Positions 24,201 through 37,450 of a stretch of 64,000 nucleotides of DNA are shown in pieces; position 1 is the stretch's first letter; the number at the start of each line of letters is the position of its first letter. The notes under the pieces were generated by a model. The model worked only from the letters and a program-made list of their open reading frames with translations. It did not search any database and was not told where the DNA came from. Made by a program: the position numbers and the translations under genes. Source of the DNA: Lama guanicoe (lineage: Eukaryota); NCBI GenBank assembly GCA_013239625.1, contig MU056000.1, forward strand, positions 1,984,001 to 2,048,000, written 5' to 3'.

Positions 24201-25230
24201 GCACTTGCACCCCGAGATCCGGGAGGTCTCCTGGTTGGACGGACCCCAGCTGTGCAGCCGATCGTCCCCCAGACTCCACTCCGGGCATCGCTGGTGGTCA
24301 AGGTGTCCTCATCGTTGACACGTCATCCATCAGCATTTATCATGTGACCCGATTTTGTCATTTTAAATAAACTCTGACTCAGAAGGGCCCGGGTTAAGCC
24401 AGGTAAGTAGATGCACTCTGGGAGTGTTGGGCTGGGGGAAGAATCCGGCTGTTTGAATTTCACTTTTTTTTTTAGTTTTCCTTAGTTTTATTAGCAGGAA
24501 CACAGAGAGGAAACTGGCTCTGTTCCCCCTTCTTTTTCTGCGATGCTGTTTAGGACCCTGGGATGCTTTCTTCCAGCTATAAAACCATTTCACCCAGGTG
24601 CGCTCATCTTCAGAGTGCACCCCTGCTATCTCAGACCTCTGGAGCTCCCGCTGATTCTGCGCGGGGGCAGAGCACTGGGCTTGTGACGCTCTGAGCAGGG
24701 GAGAGGAGCAGTCAGCGTCTGACCTCCAGGGCCCTGGAACCCCGTTGGGGACAAGGAGGCAGGCGCACAGGCGTCTCTGAGGCAAAGAGGAAGGAAAGGA
24801 CCCCCGTGAGGGTCAGATGCGCAGGGTTTGCGGTCTGAGGACTCGGCAGGGTTTGCTTCTGATGGAAAGTCAAATGGGTGGAAACTGAAGGGTGAAGGCC
24901 TGGGCCTCCAGTTTGAATCTGTGTGTGGCCCACCTGGAGGGCTTCACGCACACGACTGCCCGGGAGACGCCGCCCGCCCAGCCCCGTCTCTGCTTCAGGG
25001 GGTCCGAGTGAGGCTGGAGAATTGGCCCTTTTAGTGAGTTCTAGGTGACCTGATGCTTTGAGGACCCTGGGTTAACGGGGTGTCGCTGGTGACACGGCCG
25101 TCCCAGTGCTCCTTTCTGACACTTTCAGGGCTGAGCTCGAGGGTGGTGCTGGTTCCTGCTGGGGGAGGCTGGCGGGTCTTCCTGTCCAGACGACTGGCCA
25201 CTCCTGCAGTGCCCATCTGTGGGGACCCCA

Positions 25231-25254
25231 GGGGTCGGGGCGGGGTGAGAGGGG
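25231..25254 (+). other. G-quadruplex motif
   Basis: GGGG-TC-GGGG-C-GGGG-TGAGA-GGGG. Confidence 0.55.
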
Positions 25255-25827
25255 AGGCAGGGTCTCGGCAGACGGGACCTGCTGGTGACCCGCTGATACT
25301 CGGGCCCCCCCACGTCCTCTCCCCACGCCAGCTTTAGGGGGAGCGGCAGTGAGGTGTCTGGTCCAAGCCGAGGAAGGCGGCTGGGCCCCGGTGACGCTCT
25401 CCTGAGCCTCTCGACCTGGGCTCCTGGGAACAGCTCTTCCCCAGCCCCGGCAATGGGAGGGGAAGAGCAGCAGGCTGTCCCCCACTGTGTCTTGCAGAAA
25501 ATTGGCTGGAATGGAAGCTTGGTCTCCCAGGACGCGCCTTGCAGGCTGGCCAGCAGGGTGACCGTCACAGCGTCCGGCTTGTGGTTTCACAGCTCCCTTC
25601 TCCGGGGGCCGCGGAGCTCCAAGCTCCTCACCCTTTTCTGTTTCTTTTTTGCTCCTTGATGTCACTGTGAGAGCAAAGTGGGGACCAAGTCCTACGCAGG
25701 GCTGAGAAAGACTGGTAGCCTCTGACACCCGGCCCCTCCAGCCAAGCTCCTGATGGGCGCCCAGCCCAAGCTCTCTGGCCAAGTGGGAATGTTGGAGGCC
25801 TTGAGGGGAGATACTGATCGGAGCTAC

Positions 25828-26012
25828 CATGTGTGTGCACGTATGCCCGTGGGTGTAGGGGTGCGTGCACGTGCATGTGAATGTGTATGCGCGTTCATGC
25901 ATGTAGGTGTGTGTCCTTGGGTGTGGGTGAATGTGTGCAGGGAATGTGTATGTGAGTGTGTGCACATGTGCATCCAGCTGTAGATGTGTTCAGAGAGTGT
26001 GTGTGGGTGTGC
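25828..26012. repeat. Degenerate (TG)n / RY-alternating tract
   Basis: GTGTGTGCACGTATG..GTGCGTGCACGTGCATGTG..; it explains the His/Thr-rich start of ORF 25072-25965. Confidence 0.8.
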
Positions 26013-27698
26013 AGCTAATGCTGCCATCTGGGCTCCGGAGAGCTGGGAAGGGCACTGGCCCAGGCCAAGTGGAGTGGAAGAGACAGTCTCCGGGCAGATG
26101 GCCCAGGAGGGGTCGCGGCCCAGGGCGGGGTGGGTAGAGAAGCTGCAGAAGCGTGTGTCAGGGGTCTACCGGGCACGGTGCTCCCCCAGGAGACGCTGCC
26201 GCGCCACGCCAGGCTGCTCTCAGGGCATGCTGTCATGCAGCCAGGACCCTGAAGGCCACCATGAATGGGCGTGGGGTGTGATAAACGCCGACTGCGGAGG
26301 CTGGCGTGAGGGCCTGGAAGCCCAGCGCACAGGGCCCGGGGACAGCGGAGGGACAGTGGCAAGCAGGGCAGGACGGCCCGGGGGCCCGCGAGGGCCCTGC
26401 CCCGCAGACACACAGCATGGAGCAGGGCATCCGAGAGCCCCAGCGGCACCGGCGCAGCGTCACAGTCCCTGACTCAGGTTCTCAAGCACAAGCTGATTTG
26501 AGGCCCGGAATGTGCTGCCTGAAGGAGACGCTGTGTCTCCAGAGGGGACCGTGACACCTTGTGGTGAGCGCACCCCACAGTGACTCCCCGAGGCCTTCCT
26601 GGAGGAGCCTGCAGAGCTTTGGGATGACTGCACATGGAGGGAAGGGAAACCCAGGCACCTTGGGGACTCCCGTCACAGGGCCTGAGGGGCCGCTGACAGC
26701 ATCACCATGGTCCTGTGAGAGTGGAGGCCTGGAGGGGGCCTCTCCTTAACACGGAGCCGAGTCAGGGTCAGCGCACAGACGCCGTGGGTGCCGCGGCCCT
26801 GTCCAGCGGGAGGTCCCTGGCCCCGGGGACGTAACTGGACGCGCATCCCTGGTAGCAGGTAGAACCCACACGGGCTCCTCAGTCTGTACCGTGTGCGCTC
26901 TCGGTGGGGAAGGCCACGAGGATGCCCAGACCCAGCGGGGATAGCAAATCCAAACAGCGCAGCAAACCCGGTGAGCTGGGGGCTGGCAGAGTGACTGTCC
27001 CCTTCAAAGCAGGGTATGTGGAGGTGATGGGCCCATCTTGTCCCCGGTCATTTCGAAGTCTGGCTTCCACAAAGACCAGGCGATCCCAGAGGACCCCGGG
27101 AACTCAACTGGGGGGAGCCGAGACGCCGTGGCCACAGCAGACGTGGTGTCGTTGCTAAAGCAGATTAAGGCGGATTCGGACACTGGGCATCTGGCCGCTG
27201 ACCCGCAAAGGCATTACTTTGCATCCTCACGATAAAGAAGCAGCAAGGCCGGTCGCGTCACGTGAAGGGGAACCATGGCACATTCTTGGTCTTGCCCCCA
27301 GGGTGGGGCTGCGCTCAGCGTCTGTTATGAGACAGCGACGAGGCCAGGGCCATCAGGTCGCTTTGTAGACGCGGGCCCTCTGTCAGTGACATCCCGTGAA
27401 TAAGAGAGGCCGTCACGATGGAGCGAGAACACTGAAGGCTGGGGTAGGACAGCTGGGCCTTGGAGGGCGGGAGGTCAGGCGAAGCCAGGTCAAGAGCTGG
27501 CCCCCCTCGGCAGGTGCCGCAGGGTCTGGCTGCGCGGGGCGCGCGGGGGCGTTGCCTCGGAGTGAAGACGTCAGTTCCTCCGACCTCCCGTTGTTGAGGA
27601 CGCGGCGCGGGGCCCAGTGGGCCTCCTCACCTTCGAGGTCCACACCAGGGGGGCTTTTCGGACTCACTCATGGTGCGTCTCACAGGCTGTCAGCACGA

Positions 27699-27720
27699 GG
27701 GGCTCAGGGGAGGGGAGGGG
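27699..27720 (+). other. G-quadruplex motif
   Basis: GGGG-CTCA-GGGG-A-GGGG-A-GGGG. Confidence 0.55.
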
Positions 27721-29939
27721 CCAGGCTGTAGTCTGGGCTGTGGAAGGTGCCTCTGGGGGGGTGACACCTCGGGCGCTGGTGTCTACACCCAGTAGGAGAA
27801 TCTCATCTCAGGCTCCAGGACTCTAGAACCCCCTGCCTTCTACCACAGACCCTGGAAGCAGCTTTGGGGTTTCGGGGTGCCGTTGGGCCCTGGGGCCCTG
27901 AGGCCAGAGCTGCCCGTGGGCTGTGCCCCACCAGACCCGATGGCTGACCTGTGTGGCAGGCCCGGCCGGCATCTGTGGTGAGACGGAAGTGGTGTGGGGG
28001 TGGTGGGTGCAGCCTGGGTCTTAGAACATCAGTAGGTTGCAAGGCGGGTGGCTCAGACCCCGTGTCTCCATCATTGATGCCTCAGAACCTCTCCCCAGCT
28101 CAGACCTGCCTGGCTCCCGCGGGTCCCTGAGGGAGGCTGGTGGGGAGGAGCGGCCGAGGCTGGTCCATGATGGGTTGGCTCGCACATGTGCGTGAGAGCC
28201 GGAAGGACCACAGCGGCCTGCTGCGCCCGCAGGAGTGGCCCTGGAGGCCAGGGGTGAGGGGACGTCCTCCCGATGGGCAGGGTCTCAGGAGACATACCTG
28301 GTTCTCTGGTGTGTGTGGAAACTAAGCGGCCTGGCCCTGACATGAGAACATACGTGGACCCTGGGCCGTGGCTGGTCAGCCCGGGACGGGCGGGGGAGAT
28401 ACTGGAAGAGCAGATGCAAGAGACCTGGGGCAGAAGTGCACGGATGAGCCTGCAGGACTGGGACCAAACTGGGAAGGACCCATGTTTCATGCTAAGGTCT
28501 CCCCGAGGACACCCCCCCCCCGAGGAGAGGCAGTGAGTGTTCAAATAAACGGGACTGACCTCGCTGTGGGTGCTCAGAGGAACAGAAGAGCCGTGGGGAG
28601 GGGTGGAGGCTCAGCGTGGCCCTGGGAGCCTGGCCCCAGTCAATCTCGCCCTCGCTGCCCCGGAGAAGCTTTGGGCTGCTCACAGTGGAAGACCAGCCAG
28701 CTGGGGAAAAGTGGGGGCTGCCCCAGGGGAGCTGGGAGTCACCTGTCAGCACCCAGTGGACCCCTGGGGCGCCTTTCTTAGCTCTGAGACTGAACTCGAC
28801 TCCACGTGGACCATCCTGCCATCACAGGTGGAGAAGAGCCCTGCCCCAGAAGACGAGACCTCTCGGGATGGGGCCGGCGTCTACCCACCAGGGAGGTCAC
28901 CAGGCTTGCAGCCGAGGGCTGAACAGGTGGGAGACGGAGGTGCAGGGAGCAGGTGAGCTCATGGTCCATGCCGGGGGCAGGGTCCAGGCCCAGGGACTGG
29001 GCTGGTAGCCATGGAGCCGGGCTGCCCTCCACACCTCGTGCCTGTCCAGTCTCCGCCCATCACGCCTGCAGCATCCTCGCCAGAGATGCCCATTTCAATG
29101 GAAACCTGATGCTGGAATTGCGCTCAGGAGGCCCCCGTGCTTTCATCGCCTGTGGGATGCACGAGGGGCCCTTAGCAGGCACCCCAAGGCCCTCACGGTG
29201 CCCTGGCCGCCCTCGAGCCCCCAGCTCTCCATCTCCACCTGATGTGTGACAGGTGACAGGTGACTGGTGGGCCCTACCCCTCTTGGCCAAATGCGTCTCA
29301 CCTGCTGCTCTCCTGGAACGCCCCTCCCATCACACACCTGGATGATGTGCTGCTGGACCTCTCCAGTGTGTGTGTGCGTGTGACTCCAGGTGTGCCCCAG
29401 AATCGCCTGTCTCTGAGCTGCCCGCCCCAGACTCGGGCCTCGGGCAGCCTTGCTGGCTTCTCCGCTCGGCACCTCCAGGACTGGCACGCAAGTTGCCTGA
29501 GACAGACTTGTGGACTTTAATCGAATGGCCAACAAACGGTTACAGCACAAGACAGCCCAGCGCAGGTGCCCTGCAGTGATGGAGAAGGCTCTGGAGTTCT
29601 GGGAGACAGAAGTCAAGTCTAGGACATTTGCAGCCTCGTGGGGGAGGCGGAGGAGGGCCCGTTGGCTGGAGAGGACTGTGGCCGGAGGGCCTGGGGCGAG
29701 GGAGCTTCAGAGGGAGTGGATGCCACGAGGGGAGATTTGGAGCGAATACAAGGCAGAACCAGACCTGCATCCAGGCAGGTGCCCCTCCCTGCTGGCACCC
29801 GCCCCAGACCCCCTCTGCCTCCTGGTTCCCTTGACCTCCGCGAGCACACGGGCCCCAGGAGGGCTGGAGCCGGTTTCCCAGAGGCTGGCGCTGCCGGCAC
29901 CGAGCCCGGCTGCCCCCCGAAGTCCCTTCCGGCACCAGC

Positions 29940-30112
29940 TCTCCCTGAGCAGCACTCACGGCCCTCACCATGCGGCACCTGGGACCCTCAGTGAGCTTTC
30001 TTATCCCGAAAAGGCAGCCCTCCCCACCTCCCTCAGGGACGTGAAGTCCCGAGCGGTCAGATGCTGAGTGCGCGGCTCAGACCGCGGGAAATACCGATAA
30101 ACGGCAACTACT
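29940..30112 (+). mobile_element. MIR SINE core and 3' part, GC-eroded
   Basis: CCTCAG..TTTCTTATC..AAAAGG..CCTCCCTCAGGG..GTGA..ATAAACGGCAACTACT follows the MIR consensus order. Confidence 0.5.
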
Positions 30113-33100
30113 TTCTGCTAACATTAGAAACGCTGGCTTCAAGGGCGACCTGTGACAAACTGCAACTCAGGGGCGACTGATCTGAGCAATAGACAGGCTA
30201 CCAGAACCTGCGGCCTTTCAGCTCTTGGCAACAGCAGCCTGGACAGGAAGACACAGCTGTCGGGGGACAGGGCTCCGGGAAAGTGAGCGATGGAGCCGCT
30301 CACCGCGGCTGGGGTCGACTTCTCTGGCTGGGAATCGTCTCAAGCCGCTGGCCTCGCTGGCTTTGCCCGGCCCCCAGAAGCAGGCACAGGAGCCAGGGGG
30401 CGGTCTCTGCGGGGGTCCCGCCGTCTGGAGGCAGGGGGTGCTGGCGACGGTTTGGGCAGCCCACGTGCGGGTGGCACCCAGAAGTGCCGGGGGGGCGGAC
30501 GGTGCCCGGAAGCCCCGCCTGGCGCTGGCGGCACGGGATGAGCGTGGTTTGTGGCCTGCAACCCTGTGAAGCCCTGTTCGAAGGTAGTTAGTGAAATGAA
30601 GTGCTGAAGGTTATCTGGCTGACTTGGGACGTCTAATGGCCAGTTGAGACAATTCAAACCTGTAAGGGAAATTTAGGTCCTTAATTACATTGCATCACTT
30701 TGCCTCTCAGTCCACATCATTGTCAATTCTGTTTTCCCACTGCAGGCGTGGGAGCACGGTGGCACCACAACACAGGCCAAATTTAAATAGAAGCTTTATA
30801 TTCTGAGGTTTTTTCCCCCCTGTTCTTATTTTTAGGAAAGTGAAGAGGAAAGATTCGTTTCAAAACTGGTGGCTTCACGACACCGTTTTGAGGGACTATT
30901 CCATGTCCCCAATCCCCAGAACAACTGCCATGGGAAGCACGCCCAGAATGGGCGCCCACAGCGGGGCCAGCTGGTCCGGGCTGAGGACGGTCATGGAAGG
31001 CTTCTCGGGGGAAGCGGCATCTCCACAGCAGCATAGAGAATAGGTTTTATGGACAGAAACCCACTTAGGGTAAGAGAGCTCAGTTAGAACCCCATCACCC
31101 CCGCCTCTTGTTGAAATGGAAGAGAAGGCCTTTGACAGGCGAGGACATTCTCAGGTCTCCAACTCTTTTCTTGCTTTTGAGAGCGACGGCCGTCGGTTGG
31201 GGCTTCTGGATTAGCAGGAGACATTCATGTTTCCAGCACAGGCAGGCACTCAGGAAAAGGACAGACACCCTTTACACCAAGTCCAAAGGTTTGGGGACAT
31301 GGTTCCCGAGCTTCTGAAGACAAACCTGAGATGAGCGGGGCCCCGCCTGTGGCTCGCCAGGCTCCCCGAGGGGGCAGGGGCAGGTGCACCGACAGGACCC
31401 GCCCCACGGCGCCAGGAGAAGGGCTCTCAGGGGCCGAGGGGTTGTTCGGTGAACCATTCTGCTCAGAGTCCCATCTGCCAGCCTCTGTGCTCCCCCCGAC
31501 GTGAAGCGTGGACCCTGGAGTAGCAGCGGGTGCCCGTGCGAATCTGCGTGGAGGGCGCCTGAGGCCGTGAACGTCGGGTGACTGGTTTCTCTTGTTAACT
31601 GTTGTGGGAACTTCAGGGACCACACCTGGTGACACGGGAGTCTCGGCCACACTGGCTGGGAGAGGGCGGGGCAGGTCAAGGGCCAGGAGGCTGGTGCTCT
31701 TGGGGATGCAGCCACGGATCCCTTGGCTGGAGGCACCACTCGCTTCCCCGTCTTCCTCCTTTCCCCCCAGGAGATACTGGGGTGGCACAGCCAGAGAGCT
31801 GCTGTCCTCAGCGACCTCAAAGTAAGTGGAGTGGGCAGAGACGTCTAATCAGGTCATTATGCCTAGCAAGATGCCGTGTCCAGAGAGGGACCAGCTTGCC
31901 TTCTTGCAACAAATACGCATCACACCGTGACCCGTGCCAGGAGAGGGCTGCCTGACAGCTTTCCATCCCCCATCCTCTTGCCCTCTGGCCTTGGCCCTTC
32001 TCCACGGTGTCCTCTCCTCTCCCAGATCTGTCCTCTCTCTCCCCATGCAAGGCAGGTCTTCCTTGACAATCACCGTCTCTCCACACACTGAAAGACGTGG
32101 GAGAAACCGACCTGAGTGTGCAGCTTCATGGACAAGCGCAGGATGGCTCCCTGCGCTGTCTTCCGAGCGACTGTAAGTGGATGCGGTGTCCACCTGTACT
32201 CACCGTGCACCTCTTTGCTGAGTGCAGAGAGGAGCCCTGAGCTGTCAGCCTCCCAGGCTCTCACACAGTCGCTCTTCCCACCAGGATGTACTCTGTGTAT
32301 TTTAAAACACGTCCGTGGGGGTTCTTGTACTTTTATGTGTCTGTGCTGTTCGTTGTGTCCAAACTGATGATGAAATCCAAATGATGAAAAGTACGTGATT
32401 TTCTCGACGCCAGGAGCAAGGCGGTGAGTCCAGGCTGGCAAGCCGGGCACGAGCGCCTCCGCAGTGGGAGCGGCTGGCTCTGCGGCTCGGCTAGCTGAGC
32501 GCGAGGGCAGCATGTGCCCGGAGCCGGCCCGCGTGCAGGTCTGTCCTTTTAACTCTCAAACCTTCTTGCTGGGAACACCAAGCACCGCATTGCGGCAGCT
32601 CGCACAGCCTGCAGGAGAGGGCGGTTTCAGGCTCAGCGAGCCTTTGCGTGAGTCCTGGGGGAAGCGTGTGTCCTCGCCCCAGGTTGCCGTGAGAACCAGT
32701 GAGCCGAGGCATCCGAGGCCCCGGTGCGGTGCTCGGCACGTGGCACGGCGCACGCTCAGCGAGTGGCCCAGACGGTCACGACGTAACTGACTGCCGTGGC
32801 CGGGGTACAGGGTCCTGGCCAGACCCCCTTTGCCAGCCGTCAGCCCCCCTGGAGCACATCCTAAGAGCCAGGTGCCCCTTGGATGCTGTGGATCCAAAAG
32901 TAAGCAGGGTACGCTTCTTGCTCCAACGCTCACCCTCTGGCGAGGTCCTGCCACGGAGAGATGACGGTGCGGCCCAGGGCCTTGCCGGGACGTGAGCGTC
33001 ACTTCTTCTGCAAGAAACTTCGTGAATGGCTGAGCCCCTCCTTCTGCCTGGGCGCCCCTTCCATCGCTCGCCCGAAACCCCAGTGTCAAGATCCCAGGGT

Positions 33101-33949
33101 ATGGGACCCCTCCTGTCACCCACGTCCCAGGCAGGACCACAGGGACACGGTGTCCTGGGGAGCTGCCACACTGGATTATATCCAAAGCTTTCAAAGTGTT
33201 AGTTTTTGTTGTGTTTCTCCTTGAGGGTGTCCAGGTTGGCAGGATGGAGAACAGGGATGGAACCTCTGACCAAGGAGGCTCCCGGGCACCTCTCCATCTT
33301 CAAAACCACGCAGGGCTGGGCCGGCAGCAGCAGAGTGAGGGAGGGAGCCCTGGCACCTCCTGTGTGTCCTCCCAGGAGCCCACGAGGCTCCCTGCATGCA
33401 CGTGTCTAGGAGCTGTCCTACAGCCACAGGCTACCCCCCGTGGGTTCGGGTCTTTCTCCAGGAATGGATGCACGAGTGCAGGACGGAGCCGGGCGGCAGG
33501 GGCAGGTCTCACCTTTCACAGGAGTGAGATGCTTGCACAGCTGGGGGAGCTGAGCTCAGAGCATCACCAGCTGCTTCTCTTCCCACCTCTGTCTGGGACA
33601 GAGCTTTCCCAGGGCTCAAACCTGCAGGTGGCTTCCTGACCTGACCACCTCGATTCTGGCCCATGTGGACAGCACCCGGGCTGCTCCCACGCATCCTGGC
33701 ACAGCTAGCGTCCAGAGGAAGGACACTTCCCCAGCCTCTAGAGAGTGTGAGCGTGGACAGCTCCCTGGCAGAAAGCGGGCGTCTCGCTGACCCGGGGTCT
33801 GCTGGCCGTAAGCTCTGACCTGCACGCCATGGCCAGGGGGCTTCAGCATCCGTCGGGCCCCAGCCCAGATTGGGGAGGGCTGGGACCAGTTGCAAGATGG
33901 AAGCTGATGACAGTGGTGGGCAGTTCGGGAAGACATCGCCGTGGCCTCC

Positions 33950-35500
33950 TTCACTGTCGGGTTTTCGCCTTAGAAATCCATCCACAGAAGCAGCATTGCG
34001 CGTGCAGCCAGGAGCGGAGCAGAGGAATTTCACAGTAAACATGCCTTTTCCTTTTCAAGGAGCCCGATGCATCATGACCCGCTCGGAATTCAACGCCGCC
34101 ATACTCTGCTTCAACATTAGATGACATCATCGTAGACACTTCATGCTGTTTTTGTCTGTGGTTCCGAACTACATCTGCTTAATCAATCCCATTATGCATT
34201 CGGCGTCCACGACACATCAAAGGCTGGTAACGCTTTTTTTCAAACTTCGCTTGCTTAAAATGATTTCCCTCCAGATCAAGATGCAGAGCACAAAATATTA
34301 ATCAGTTTAAATAAATATCAAGACTACCCAAATAATATGAATAATTGGCGCAGAATAGCTCCTACTGCCCAGTTCTCAACAGCTGGTCACGCTGGCGCGG
34401 GGCACCCCCTCAGCAGCCTTTTAGATAATGACTTTGGCATCTGTCGATGAGCACTTGCTACTGCCCACAGAATTTACAACTCACAAGTGGGAAGCAGGGG
34501 CTCCGATAGAACTTTTTTATGCAGGGTCTTTGAAATTTATTAATGTAATGCAAACACAAGCCTTCCAACCCATTAAATTGTTGATGTTATGCGAATCCAC
34601 CCTGGAATGGCAGGNNNNNNNNNNNNNNNNNNNNNNNNNNNNNNNNNNNNNNNNNNNNNNNNNNNNNNNNNNNNNNNNNNNNNNNNNNNNNNNNNNNNNN
34701 NNNNNNNNNNNNNNNNNNNNNNNNNNNNNNNNNNNNNNNNNNNNNNNNNNNNNNNNNNNNNNNNNNNNNNNNNNNNNNNNNNNNNNNNNNNNNNNNNNNN
34801 NNNNNNNNNNNNNNNNNNNNNNNNNNNNNNNNNNNNNNNNNNNNNNNNNNNNNNNNNNNNNNNNNNNNNNNNNNNNNNNNNNNNNNNNNNNNNNNNNNNN
34901 NNNNNNNNNNNNNNNNNNNNNNNNNNNNNNNNNNNNNNNNNNNNNNNNNNNNNNNNNNNNNNCAGAGGCCTCTGTTAGTTCTCTCCTTCATTTACAGAAT
35001 ATACTCAATGTTATTTTAATCTTCCTACAACGCTTCCATGCATAGGCAATGATGAGCCATCCCCAGCGAGTCACGGCGCGGCTCCACTTTGCACAACTGA
35101 TAAACATTTAAATAAGCCTTTTCAAAAAAGAATAGCTCGTAAAATTATTAACCCGTTGATGGAGTCCGTCGCTGCTCAGTAGTTCTTCTTTCCTGAAAAT
35201 AGGTCAGTCATAAAGTGCGTTGGACTCGGCGCCGTAGAGCCCTCTCATCCCTGAGCCCCACCATGATTAGCAGGCGTTATCCAGGATCATGAGTCCACTC
35301 GTGTGCAGCCCCGAGCCCTTAAGGTGCGTGATTAAAAACGGTGTGGGCTCTCTATGCTAAGTGCGCATGCTTTGCGAGCCAGGAGGAGAAAGGAACACTG
35401 TACACCACTGGGCCTTGTAATAAATGACGACCTCATTCCAAAGCAGCTCGCATTCCAGGGGAGCGAAAGTAAAACATTGCATTCCACTAGCCACACATTT
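33950..35500. promoter_or_regulatory. Putative conserved non-coding element cluster 4
   Basis: Unique AT-rich island with a consensus TCF/LEF site ACATCAAAGG (34214-34223), forkhead GTAAACA (34035), many TAAT cores and the longest N-run. Confidence 0.55.
34615..34962. other. N-run, 348 bp
   Basis: Seen directly; followed immediately by the 12-bp palindrome CAGAGGCCTCTG. Confidence 0.98.
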
Positions 35501-37219
35501 ATTATTTATACCGCATCAGAGAGCGTACCGAGGCGCCATGTGTAACGATGCTCCGGTAAGCGTCAGTCCCCTCAGCGGAGGGGCCCCGGACGCGCCTCCA
35601 GCATCAGTGTCCCTGGGATACAGGGTGACGCCCCTGGCTCTCCACCTCACACCTGCCTCCCCCAGAGCTGCCCCCAGGTTTTCTCCGGTTGAACACGACC
35701 TCGTGTCCCCCGAGTGACACGCTCCGTCAGCCCGCCTGGAGTAAATCATGACAGTGGTCCCATGTTTTAATAAGATGGCTGAAATCTATTGGGCGTGACA
35801 GCTCGGGGGAGTGGGTTAGCCCAAGCTCCCGCTCTGTTCTCTGCCGTTTGAAGAGCACACAGCGCCAGGTTGTAGTCCATTTGTCAAATGACTTCAAGTC
35901 ACGTGCTGCCTCCCGGTTCACGGAAGGGTCGAGAAGAGGGATTGGGCCCTGGTGTGTGCGGAAGTTCAGGGCCTGGGCAGGGTGAGGGTCTCCGGGTACA
36001 AACTGGGCGTCTCAGCCCATGTTTCCCAAGTGTCCTGGAGAAGGGGGACCCCCGGGACAATAAGCTTTGTTTGTTTGTCTGTTGTGAGCAGCAGTCAGGA
36101 TATAGCTTTTCATTAGCTAGTTTTTATGGGGGGGGTGGAGAATAAATGCTATTGTTGAAAGTTTAAATAAAAGAATTTAAGACAAAAGTGAAACAGCTTC
36201 TTCTTAAGCCTTGACTAAAAGTTTTTTTCCAGAACGTTCTATGAATATGTGAGCCTGTATTGATGAAAAACAGGACTGTTACGCCTGCACTGCTGCAACA
36301 GTGCGTGCCAGGCATCTTCCAAGGTGCGCGTCGCCGCGTGTGGTTCTGGACCCAGCGGGGTTTCAGCCTGGGGCTGCATCCGCGGGGAAGGGCACCGCTG
36401 GGGCTGCTGGGGGGGGCGGTTTCCCACCAGGACAGGCTCTCAGGTTGATGAGCTACATTCAGTAAGAATATTTTAAATTTGTCATACTTCCCAGGATGTG
36501 ATATGAGAAAACCGTCCAGAAAAGACTAGAAGGTGAGCCAGTAGAAGACACGTCCTGTGATTTGACCATCGCTTTGGAGCATTGGTGCAACGTCAGTGTT
36601 CATACACATGAAGCCAGGAAAGCATCGTGCAGTTGTACAAACTGTGCACGAGGAGGTCGTGTGACGGAGGAAAGGAAGAGGAGCAGCGGCCCTCTGGGCT
36701 GCCCCGGCAGCTGCTGTCCCGGCTGACGCTGCAGTGGCTTCGGGGGCTGGAGTCCGGGCTGAGTGCAGAACCAGGCCGGCGCAGGTTGATCCCAGAGTCC
36801 GTGGCTTGACACGAAGTCTCAGGGCCGAGATGGAGTCGGGGGAGCTTTCTATGTGCTTGTCAAGTTTGGAATTACGTGCGTCTGTGAGACTGGACCTCGA
36901 GAAGCATGAAGATTAGGTCTGATCGGCTCCTTACGGAACGAGAAGCTTCTGGGGTTTCTCACCGGGGCGAGGGGACTTGCAGACTCTGGACCAGAGGCCA
37001 CGAAGTTTGGATCTATGCCCTGCGTGCTGGGATCACGGCCCGTGTCCTCTGCCTGCCTCTGTCATTGGGCCAACGGAGGCTTTCTTCCAAATACTTGCTG
37101 GGGAATGTTAAATTCTCTGCCCAGGAGCGGGCCCTGACCCTCACTGAGATGCTGGGGCTGTGGGCACAGGCCTTCGCGGGGTAGCCCCGCATCTTGTCCG
37201 AGGGGCTTGTTTGTACAGT

Positions 37220-37450
37220 TTTGAATTATTAATGTATATGTAAATGAGGTATATTCATACGCACTAATGTAAATATATACACACATTATGCACGCAGTGT
37301 CTATTGCTACACGTAACAGCCCACATCACACCTATTATTGAAAACATGCTATATTTACCCCAACTCACTCTGAGCAAGGTGGCTCCCTGTGTGCATCAGG
37401 GGTCCCCTCCTGCCCACCCCGTAGCCCAGGGCAACCCTCTGTCTGCGATG
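37220..37450 (-). mobile_element. Old L1 (L1MB/MC-like) 3' end fragment
   Basis: GTAACAGCCCAC..AAAACAT..GCTCCCTGTGTGC..GCCCAGGGCAACCCTCTGTCTG resembles the antisense L1M 3' end. Confidence 0.45.

Noticed and set aside
20223-26472. Long ORFs of 200-297 aa (e.g. 21261-22049, 21680-22528, 22610-23479, 25072-25965)
   Set aside because: They overlap on both strands, are rich in Pro/Gly/Arg/Ala, show no recognisable domain and are partly built from simple repeats. This is expected from stop-codon scarcity in GC-rich DNA.
739-34962. N-runs as masked coding exons
   Set aside because: The flanks lack consistent AG/GT (or CT/AC on the minus strand) splice consensus and polypyrimidine tracts.
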